Assembly (NCBI GenBank): GCA_973895155.1
Contig: OZ316891.1
Coordinates: 7,805,808-7,869,807 of the forward strand
Source of the DNA: Marsupella aquatica
Lineage: Eukaryota > Plantae > Marchantiophyta
Length of the DNA: 64,000 nucleotides
Direction: 5' to 3'
Shown here piece after piece: positions 50,801-61,170 of this stretch (positions within the stretch are counted from its first letter, which is position 1; each line of letters starts with the position of its first letter). Under the pieces are notes generated by a model that was not told the DNA's origin, did no database searches, and saw only the letters and a list, made by a program, of their open reading frames with translations. The translations under genes and the position numbers were made by a program.

Positions 50801-52569
50801 GTCCTGTTCAACATGCAGAATGCGAAGCATCTAATGTAAAGAACATTCCAGCCGTAAAAGCCGACCCAGTCATACTTCTTGAGAGGCAAAATTCCGAGCT
50901 TCGCCGAGAAAAAGAGAAGCTGCTGGAGCAGAAGACTGATGAGATTTACAAGCTCAAACGTGAATTCTACAAGGAATTAGAGCGGATCAAAGAAGAATGG
51001 AAAAGGGATACTGGGCGGCGTTGGGATGATGAAAAGTCAAGCTTAATGGAAACGACATTTCAGAGAGATGAGCAGATTAAGGGAAAAGATGAAAGGAGTA
51101 CAGCAGTTCCGACAGAAATCTCCGATGCATTAGAAAAGGACAGGACTCACGTATCAACGAAGGTAAGCTTGGTTGACAATCTGGCTGCTCTCGAAAGGGA
51201 AAGGAGTCGCTTGAATTCAGTTCATCAGAGAGAGAAGGAGAAGCTGATTGCATATTACAAGAAGTTGCTCGAGGAGAAGCATGTTGCCTTAAGTGGAGCA
51301 CTTGAAGAAATTCACGGGAACAAAAAGCACATTGGGGGATTGGAGGTCGAGTGGAGTCAATCAAAGGATGAAATTGAAGCTTTGAGGATTGAGATGGGGA
51401 GGAGGCAGGAGCAATTCAAAAGCGATTTTGAGCAGATGCAAACATTAATGGTATCATATGAGCAGCTAGAGAATCGTGCTTCTCACAAGATTAACCAGTA
51501 CAATATCAGGTCTGAATGCCTCCTCCATCCAGTACCGCCTATCTGTTGTCTCAGTGTTTGGTCCAGATCCTTCTACTGAGGCTTTCTAAGCTGAAGTAAA
51601 CAAAGATTAAGCTCCCCTTGTGGTTTGTTCTATCCATGGATCTCCCTGTTGGACTTCTATTTTTGATGCTGATTGTTTTTCATTAGGAATCGAATACTCT
51701 ATGTACTGGGTTGTGAGAAGCTATTTCCCTTATGGAATTTCATTAGCGTGATCTTGAGATCCACCAGTCACCGGAGCTGTTATCTTCAACTTGACTTTGG
51801 CATCTTGATATGGAAGTGAACTTGTCTGTGAATATTAGGCTGGAAGCGGCACAAGGTCTGGTAAATTATCTAATCGGGCAATATCGCGTACTTCCACTGA
51901 GTGAAACCGAGTATCTACAAAATGTCCAGAATCTTCAAAAAGCGGAAACAGAGGTGCATATCTCCCCTCAGGGATCTGTCGAATGTTAGTATTTGGTTCT
52001 TAGAATGTGTACTTTTGACGGTAAATTGAGGTCCATGAAGTTGCAGCTTGTGGATTTTGTGCTTCAGTTTGGGGCCTGTCTTCCTTCCATACCATATGAG
52101 TAGCATACCGCAGATCGAGGTGTGCTTGGATGGTTGAATGGGTGGAAAATCGTATCACAAATTTGATTTCTTGACTAAATCTTGTGGATTTGAATAAAGG
52201 TGGACATGCTTGGAGATGAAGTTGATGCTCTCATGGATATATTAGAAAAGGTTTACAGCGTGTTGAATCATTATTCTCCAATTATTCAACATTATCCTGG
52301 GGTGAGTATGATGAGAAACTGCAACTGACGTGCTTTGAAAATCTAGAATAAGAAAATTATGGCAGAGTCCCTTGAGAGTATCATTTTAGAATCATATCGT
52401 TTCATGGATGCATCAAGCAATGTACTTGCTAAGCGTGGAAATTGTCTGTTGGTGTCAATGCATATCCTGAAACTAATTTACTGTACCGTTGGTGAACCAG
52501 TTGGCAGAGCTTGTGAAGGTAGTGAGACAAGAAATTCTCCAGCGTCTAGAAGACTCCAATGAAGTTTAA
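47809..52569 (+). CDS. WPP domain-associated protein (WAP)-like long coiled-coil protein; exons 47809-51509, 51839-51953, 52200-52301, 52501-52569; ~1,328 aa
   Basis: Long E/K/L/Q heptad-rich ORF. The spliced C-terminus NLQKAETE|[34 protein letters not shown]|[12 protein letters not shown] matches the conserved WAP C-terminal motif as I recall it. N-terminal [20 protein letters not shown] is WAP-like. The start codon is uncertain because upstream exons are possible. Confidence 0.75.
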
Positions 52570-54007
52570 TCCAGTTTAATTGCTGAATTCAGCAGAATCA
52601 ATTTTGATCTAATCACACTTTTGTATAGTGGTGTATGTGGCCTGGTGGCCTGGTGGGCTGTGAGGCTGCAGGAATTGAGACCCTCCTTTGGTCATCAAGA
52701 TGTATAGCGAAGTATAGAGAGAGCACAATTTTAGGTAGGTCAGCCAGCTGCGTTTCATATGTGCAGAAGTTTTGGAGTAATTAAATGAGTATTTGGTCTT
52801 CTCTTATAAGCCACTTTTTTCCAAGGCAGTTTCTAGCTGGAACTGTGAGTTTTCAGTCAGGAGGATAGAGTGGCACCTGTGTCAACTGGAAGTGTCTACA
52901 CATGCGCATAGTAGGCAAAAATAATCTACATCAGGTTATCTCAAGTCCTTGATTGGAGGGTCATATTGGGAAGACTGAGGCCACGGAGGGATCCTAAATT
53001 TTGAGTACAAATGGATGGAAACTACAGTAGTTGCTTTGGGGTATGTTTGATCCTATCAACGGTAAATTTGTGAATAAATGAAATGATGGATGAAGTGCAT
53101 GAATGACTCGAACAATTAGGGGGGTCCAACTGGACAATAAATCAAGTTACAAAGCATCAAGAGTCTCTACAGTTGCAAACTCACATCACATGGTCAAGAT
53201 TTCCAGCAACCTAACCAGAGAGCTGCCGATTACCCATGATATCCACTAGTTGTTTATTGAATCGAATGAATGGCTTCTGCTTGGAGGTTGACAAGAATTG
53301 GTAAACGGGGAGGTTTGCAAATTGGACTAGGTGGCTATGCTCAGATCTAGCTCTAATACATACTAGCTGCTAGTGGCAACGCTTTCAGGTAAGAATAAGG
53401 ACCAGTTCACTAGAAAAGAGGCTTACAAGTACGATGGAGTAAAGCAAAAGAGGACCAGAAAGGCCAAACACAAAACATAAAAGAAGAGGGCAAAACTAAA
53501 CCCTAAACCCTAGAAAGAAGGGAAAATGGAATTAAAGGCCTACCACAATAATTGTGTGATGAGCTAAAGGTCCACATCTAGTGTCATAACTAAGTTCCCA
53601 AGTTGAACATGGATGTCCTATAAGTGGCAAGCCTCTGCTGAGACACACTAGTACCCCCTGGTAGGGATCTTCGAATGGATCGCTTGGGATTGAACCCGTT
53701 GCAGTGTGGTTGAAGTCTGCTGACAGAAGTGCATGGTTGAAACAATACTTGTGGTCTTGTGGCACCAGCACATGCATAAATGTCTCAAGCTACCTGTCAA
53801 AGGACCCCATTACTCTGATGATGGAGTCTATTTCATATGAAGGGGGATAAAACTATCCCAATAATGGTTGAGATACATATTTGCCCTACTTTGCTGTTGC
53901 TACCAGTGTCAATATTGCCCTTGGCTGTGATGCCATCAAGTATATTGTTTTCTATTTCAAGAGCTGATCTGTGAACGTAGGAATAAAGTTTTAGCCATAT
54001 GCAAACC

Positions 54008-55424
54008 TGCCATGGTTTTTACAGAATTTAGAATATTGCCAATGTTCTTGTATGTGGTTCCTTTGGTTGAGACGAGTTAACCCAAGCTTGAGGTGTCCCA
54101 TACTTGTTGGGTTAAAAACAAGTTAAGTTTGTTATGTGTTAACTTTCAGTCAGCTCTATTTTGGTGATGTGTTCTATGCTTGCCCTGAGAATATACCCAC
54201 AGTCTTCACTACATGTGGAGACAAAGAGAATAAGAGTTTCACATCATACCCCACCAACATGAGGTCGTAACCTTAAACAAAATGCCCTAGCAAGGCAACT
54301 TACTGAATTCAAAATTTGTAGAGAAAACAAAGGGAGCATTGTGTTGAGCTTGTTCTTGAGCATTGTGTTGAGCTTGTTCTTGAGCAGTGTTGGATGAGCT
54401 CGCTTCAGAGGAATTGGATTGATCGGCAAGTGCTATATCAAAAATCTGTGTTGCTTGATGGAGAGAGCTTGATTTCTGACATTTGAGTGCACAAAAACAA
54501 GTTGAATGCCAACTTTTGTACAGAAAATATTGTGCATGTTTTCAAAGGTCTGGAAAGTTTAGAATGAGTACCTTTGTCAGGGGATGGAGAGTTCAAACCA
54601 AATGCACCACTAATTTTCCTTACAAAAATGCACCACTAATTTTGACACTGCTATATGGTGAATAAGTCTTTCATGTTTTGTCTTATTCAGATTTTGTGTC
54701 CAATATTTTTATTTCAATATGCCTTAACAAGAGGAATCATTTGTATTATTCAGATGATGAATTAATTGTGGGATCCACTTTAATTTTTGTTATCCTAGAG
54801 TATTGTGAATTTATTTTGGCTCCCTTCATAAATTTATAATCTTTGCTATCCTAGCAATCCAATATCTAGTGAATTTCTACCACTTGATAGAAATTATACA
54901 TTTGCTCATGAGTGTGAGAGAAAATGATTTCCAACCATGGGCAAACCTGGTGTCTTAAGTTCTCCTCAGGTTTCCTTCCCAAAGTTTATGGTTTTAATTG
55001 AATTGACTATAATTATTACAGGCAAGTGAAAATATGTACCTTATGTGCACACAACTTTTAGGGACCTTTGTACTTTACTAGTCATTATGTGCTTTTCTTT
55101 GCATATGCGCTACTTATGCTTTTGTGATTATTTAGTTCACTCACACCTACTTTTTTTTAAATATACTGTGTTTCTACTCTCTTCTTTTATACTAAATTAA
55201 TTAGATCAATTACATACCACTACATGACAAAAAATGAGGCATGTCCTTGGATGAACATGCTATATCAGGGGATGGAGAGTTCAAACCAAATGCACCACTT
55301 CATATTACATGTCGGACACCAGAGGAGAAAGGCTGACCCATGGTTATCCTTGGTTTCAATCTAGTTACCTGTATAAAAAAACCATGGCAGTATTCTAAAT
55401 TCTGTAAAAACAATGGCAGTATTG
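54008..55424. repeat. Degenerate AT-rich element with inverted and direct repeats abutting the 3' LTR
   Basis: ctgccatggtttttacagaatttagaatattgcca (~54008-54042) is the near reverse complement of tggcagtattctaaattctgtaaaaacaatggcag (~55385-55419). caggggatggagagttcaaaccaaatgcaccact is present directly at ~54578 and ~55266. Confidence 0.5.
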
Positions 55425-55822
55425 TGATAAGTCACATTTTTAGTGGCAATGTAGTTGAAAGTTGTTTGGTATAATTATCCTCTAATGATGGAGCATACTG
55501 GCATTGCAAACTAAGGAATACATGTGACAACAACAGGATAGTTGAAAGTTGTTTGGTATAATTATCCTCTAATGATGGAGCAAACTGGCATTGCAAACTA
55601 AGGAATAATTGTGACAACAACAGGAAGGTTGGGCCTCTTCTCATCTTAAAGTTTAAGCGCAATCCTATTGTGATTGTATATAGGGTTACAAGTGCACCTC
55701 ACAGCATTGTTGTGTAGCCCTGGTTGCTGCAAATTCCAAAGGACTTGTTTTCTGCACTAATGTGCCTGACTGAGCCTTAAAAATGTCATAGTCCATGACA
55801 TTTTGGGAGGACTGAATAATCA
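55425..55822 (-). repeat. Putative 3' LTR (~398 bp), TGAT...ATCA termini, with an internal 87-bp tandem duplication (55452-55538, 55539-55625)
   Basis: On the minus strand it starts TGATTATT directly after the purine tract and can end TTATCA at 55425. A TATA-like ctatatac sits at ~55676-55683. The distal boundary cannot be confirmed without the 5' LTR. Confidence 0.6.
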
Positions 55823-55833
55823 CTTCCCCCCTC
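55823..55833 (-). other. Polypurine tract (plus-strand primer) of the retrotransposon
   Basis: Minus strand GAGGGGGGAAG immediately followed by TG, about 1.07 kb downstream of the polyprotein stop. Confidence 0.75.
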
Positions 55834-56914
55834 ATTGTTAAGCCTAGTGTTTTTTCTAGAATTTAGTCACAATTCATGATTTATTCCATGTAAACCCCAT
55901 GGATGAGGGGGAACAAAGTAGCACACAATGCCACCAAAAGACCAGTCAGAGGGCATACTAAAGCACATGCAGCACACTAGGCGCAAAGCTCAACCAAAAT
56001 GGCAGTGTGCCATAGAAGGCCACCGTAAGGAGAGTAAGTCAAAACCACCAATGTAACCCATGGCCTGACAGAGCACCGCACAGGGAGCACATAGTTGCCA
56101 CCAAGGTCACCACCAGCAAAGGGAAAACAGCATAGTACTGCTGACAGGAAAGTGGACCAGCCTAGCTATAACCCTGTCCTATCCTTCCTTGGAGGACACT
56201 GGGAGTCACCCCACCTAAGCCAAACAGTCAATTCAGTGCCAACACATTCTAAGGCCTTAATAAGACAAGAGTGTTTCCTATCTTTATTCATATTATCTAA
56301 TATGATCAGCACCTCTCATAACAGTAGGATGACAGTGAACTTCTGCCGGCCACCAGAGCAAAACATATGTTCATTGCTACCACGTCACAGGGCACTGTCA
56401 AACTTAGTGTTGAACATTATTGAGCAATTGTGGTGACCTGGATCCACCAGGTTTTGAAAATGGACACTGGTGGTTCAAAGAAATCACCAGGGTTGGGCAA
56501 AAATGTGACCGACACAGGCAAACTGACAATTTTTGCCTGAACATAGCTTTTATTTTTTGTAAATGAACATAAATAAATGTCATGGGAGGGTTCACACTCT
56601 TGCCACCACAGCTGGAGGGTGGGTCCATTTTCCATCTATGACAAAATAAATATGGTCAGAACCTCCACAATATTTGGTCTCTGTCGTGACATATAGTATC
56701 GTAGCCATAGTGTATCAAAAACATACAAGTCGTCGGCAAGGCATATGTGCAAGCTGCTAGCAACCAACATGCATAGAAAAAGTCCAATCACATTCACAAG
56801 TGCCAAGAAAAAGCAAATGAAGTGGTATGTACGTAGTGGAGGTGTAAACCTCTGTATCCCCCCCAGACCACAGCCAAAAGGAGGGCTGAAAAAAATTCAG
56901 GTAGCACGTGGAGC

Positions 56915-57049
56915 ACAGGAAGGGCAAAACCATAACCCTTCTGGCACCTGGGTAAGTTCAGGCCGAAGGCAGAAAAGATGGTACCCTCCATTGCAATTGT
57001 CACACAGCAGCATCTGGTCAGCATCATCAATTCACAAACACACTTTGCA
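56915..57049 (-). other. PHD zinc finger at the integrase C-terminus (absent from the ORF track because of flanking stops)
   Basis: In-frame translation CKVCL*IDDADQMLLCDNCNGGYHLFCLRPELTQVPEGLWFCPSC gives the canonical Cys4-His-Cys3 spacing with the PxGxWxC signature. Confidence 0.9.
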
Positions 57050-60000
57050 AGGGTAGTCCACAAGTGGAATCCAAGTAGAAGTCACAATGGTGGAATCCAG
57101 GTTAGGCAGATGACAAGGGGCGCAATTCTTGGCATTGTCAGCAATTGTGCGCCCATCTGCCCCTTGTAACTCTAGCACTCCAGACGGTCAAATAGCTTTA
57201 ACCCTGAGAATAGTATGACTAGTAGAGGTGTCCAGGGTGTCGTTAGCTTGCCGCTGCAAGTACACAAAATCTCCCACTTCAAAATTCCTGACCTTGGGCT
57301 GAAAAGTGCCCCCTCGTGTGTGTGCATAACGCAGTGTGTCCCTATGCTGTGCGATGGCCAAATTCTCCATGGCCATGGGCATAACCCTCCTGAATAGGGC
57401 AGCCCTCTCAGAGATCACATCAGACCAAGTCACAGCTGAATCCAAGTCTACCACCTGAAGCATGTGAGTAGCAATAGCAGAAGGTGGAACTGCGTGACGA
57501 CCAAACAACAAGAAGTAGGGAGAAAAGTTAGACAGTGATGCATGTCTAGACATCCTATACCCCATGGCAATGTAGGGTAAGGCCAGGTCCCAATCCTCCT
57601 TGTTTTTGGTGAGGCAAATCTTCCGGAGACCCTTCTTGCATGTCTGAACCATGCGCTCTGCCAAGCCATCTTCCTGTGGGTGATCTCGTGATGTCCGGCG
57701 ATGATCAATGAGGGCCTGATCAAGCAGCTCCTGGAACTCTCCTCTAAACTCTGAGCCCTGGTCAGTGAGACATTCTGCACAAGCTCCAAAGCGGCTGAGA
57801 ACTTGTTGCAGGAATGCCTGGCTAGTGCTACGGGAGGTCTTATCCGGCAATGCCACAAGTTCTATCCACTTGGAGAAATGCTCTATCATGATCATGATGT
57901 AGAGATTACACCGAGATGTGAGGGGTAATTCTCCAGCCAAATCACATGACCAACGATAAAACATGCCCTGAATAGGGAGTGGATGAAGTGTGGGTTGCCG
58001 AGATGTGAAAGAAGTCCTTACCCTATCACACTGCTCACACCGGGCAATAACATCTCGAACCTGGCCATGCATGCCTCTGCAATGATAATGAGGGACCAAG
58101 AGGCTGTAAGTCCTCTTAACACCAAAATGACCAAGCTCAAAATGTACCTTACAGATAAGGCCAACCCTCTCATGAATGGGTGGAACCACCACTTCCCTGT
58201 CTGGCAAGCAGCGCACAAGATGATCTCCCTTCCACAAGTAGCGCTTGGACCTTTGCTAAATTCGGTCTCTCTGGGCAGCAGTAACATGGATGGGGTACTC
58301 CCCATGCTGCAAAAATCTCAGAGTGTCGATGTCCTCCCATATGTCCACCACAGGTTGGTCAACAACGTAGCATGGCAGCAAAGCAAGATAGGTAGATGCA
58401 TGAAATGTAGGCAGGATGGAAACCTGGTCAAAATCCTGCCGTGCATCTGAGGAATCATCAGAGGCAATCAAAGGGCTGCGGGACATAGTGTCAGCATTTT
58501 GATGTGTCACACCAGGCCTATGAATTACCTCAAAATCATACTCCTGGAGTATGAGCGCCCAACGAGCAAGCTTGTCAGTAAGCTTGTCGTTGGTCATCAA
58601 CCACTTCAAGGGCTGGTGGTCGGTGTAGAGAACAAACCTGGTCCCATAGAGGTAGGGCCTGTAATGTATGACAACCCACACAACAGCAAGGCATTCACCC
58701 TCATAAGAAGAATAATGACTCTCTGCCTGATTGTTGCTCCTGGATGCATAGGCAATGACGTACTCTTTACCGTCCTCATCATGCTGGCCCAGAATGGCAC
58801 CAATCCCAAGGGCACTCCAATCTGTGTGTAACACAAAGACCTTGCTGAAATCAGGTCTTCTCAACACCGGGTATTCTGAGAGCTTCTCCTTCAAAGTGGC
58901 AAATGCTGCCTCAGCATCTGTACTCCACGTCCAAGTCACATTCTTTTTCAACAAAGCATACAATGGGTGTGCAATGGTACTAAAATCTTTGATGTAGATC
59001 CGGTAGTAATTGCACAACCCAATAAAACTCCTCAAAGTGTGAACATCGGTAGGAGTGGGCATTTCCAAGATGGATACCACCTTGGCCCAGTGAACCATGG
59101 TTCCATTTGGAAGAATGCGATGCCCAAGATATACTACTGATCTGACAGCAAATTCACACTTCTTGGGGTGTATCTTTAGGTTCACCTTCTTAAGCCTCAT
59201 GAATAGCTCCTCAAGGTCAAGTAGATGCTGGTCAAATCCTTTGCTGTGGACCAACACATCATCAATGTAGCATTTCAGAAACTCAGCACCTTGAAGAACC
59301 TGGTCCATGACTCTTTGAAAGAATATGGGCGCATTCTTCAAGCCAAATGGCATCACCAACCACTCCCATAGTTGGTTACTACCATGGAAAGCTGTTTTCT
59401 TGCGGTCCTTTGCAAGCAGCAAAATCTGGTTAAAGCCTTGCCTTAGATCCACAAGAGTGAAGATGTCTGAGTCTCCAATGCTGTCAAATAGCTCCTCTGG
59501 CCGTGGCATGGGGTACCTGTCCTGGGGTGTGACCAGGTTTAGTGGCCTGTAGTCCCCACACATGCGCTTCTCTGTCCACAATCCACTGGAATCCTTCTTT
59601 GCTGGCATCACTGTAGCTGCTGCAAAATCTGATGTAGATGGCTGAATAAGACCAGCTTCATATAACTCTTGGCACCTCTCATCCACCAGCTGCCACTCAT
59701 GCTTACTCAAACGGTGTCTCCGCCTGAAGATAGGTGTTTCATCAGCCAACTCAATGGAGAACTGCATAGTCTTGCACTTACCCAAGTCCTTCATAGAGAA
59801 AGCAAACACATTCTCATGCTTGAGGAGCAAATTCAGCAGCTGGTCCTTCTGTCTTTTACTCAGGTGGTTGCCCATGATGAATGTGTAGTTGGCAACACTA
59901 GGAATAGGACCTGATGTACTCATACTTGAAGAGCCAGAAGTGCTAGCCTCTCCACTGTCCAAGCTGCTAGCATGCTGCTGGTAAGGTGATGAGGCCTCTC

Positions 60001-60229
60001 CAAGGCCTGTTGTACCTGCTGATCTGGGTTGGTCCACACCATGAAACTCAGAAATAATATCAGCCACATTACAAGGGACCTCCTCCCCCCCAACACTTGG
60101 ACTGAAGCGGTGAGTGTTGAATAGAGGTAAGTGCACTTGGTCGTGATGCCATGTAGCAGCACCATGGAGTGGTAGAGCTAGAACTCCAGATGCTGGATGA
60201 ATGTACATCTGAAAATGGATGCAAGTGAC

Positions 60230-61170
60230 CAGAAGCCAAGTGAGAGCATTAAGATCCATTACCCTGCCAAGTAAAGCATTCCTGGCCAGCCTGGTGATCT
60301 GGGTGTGACCTGTAGTACCGGATTGGAAGCCCATAGCCCGTTCTCTCTCCTCAGGACTAGGTTCATCCCAAGTATCGGTAGAATGTCGATAAACCAGGCC
60401 AGGACCATCACCCTGAAAGGCATGTGCACCTGGAAAGGATACAAATGTAGGCCAAGCAGCACGGGGCTGTCCAATGGTATTGGCTGGATACCAAGGTGCT
60501 GGCTCTTGCCGTGTAACTGGTTGGCAAGAACTGTCAGGATCCAAAATCTGGTCCACTGTGAGGTTAGTGTCCCTGGATGTGTGGTGAAGAGCTAACTCCA
60601 ACAAGGAAGGTGGTGCAAGGTTAGTCCAAAAGTTACGAAGACGATGTGCATAAGAACCACAGTGCACTGCATCAATGAGAAGGGGTGGTCCCAAGTAGTG
60701 CTGGACCACACTGAAATCCTCTTTGACCTGTGGACGCTGGTCAAACTGAGATGGAGTATTCTCAATGATATAACCAACAGCAGGATAAAGGGATTGAGCC
60801 CAGGTGAGAATCTGAACCAATGCTGTGAAAAGGCGAGAACGAGAATCATGCAGTCCAGCACCGTGACCAGCAGCTGAAAACCCTTGGCATTCCCAACCAG
60901 CTATGATCAAATCAAGGGAGCCAAGAAGGGTTAAGTGCCGGTGCTAGACAAGCTGGATATCTGGAGGAAAGAACGAAAATGCAGACTTCCATGCACTGTG
61001 TGGAAACTGCTGGGGAAATCACTCTGAAAATTCCAGCAGATGGGATTCAGCCACTTGCCTTGCACCTGGATCAATATCCACATAGATGTTCTACTTCACC
61101 ACCATGCCAGACTGTAGGAGAGCTTCCAGGCCTGTAGAAATGCCACCAAAAAGCTCAAGCAATGTAAGGC
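60230..61170 (-). other. DNMT3-like C5 cytosine DNA methyltransferase domain within the retrotransposon polyprotein, between protease and RT
   Basis: Motifs occur in canonical order: I LLELFGGISTGLEAL; II IYVDID; III PPDI; IV DLIIAGWECQGFSAAG (Cys at 60887-60889); V GLHDSRSRLF; VI YIIENT; VIII PLLIDAVHCGSYAHRLRNFWTNL; IX PSPEERERAMGFQSGTT; X RLARNALLGRVMDLNAL. Confidence 0.9.

Noticed and set aside
53496-53512. ctaaaccctaaacccta telomere/telo-box motif
   Set aside because: Only about two units and not near an identified promoter, so uninformative.
60230-61170. Alternative reading of the methyltransferase as a host DNMT3/DRM gene or a bacterial contaminant
   Set aside because: It is intronless, exactly in frame with the protease and RT on either side, and carries the same type of stop-codon decay as the rest of the element.
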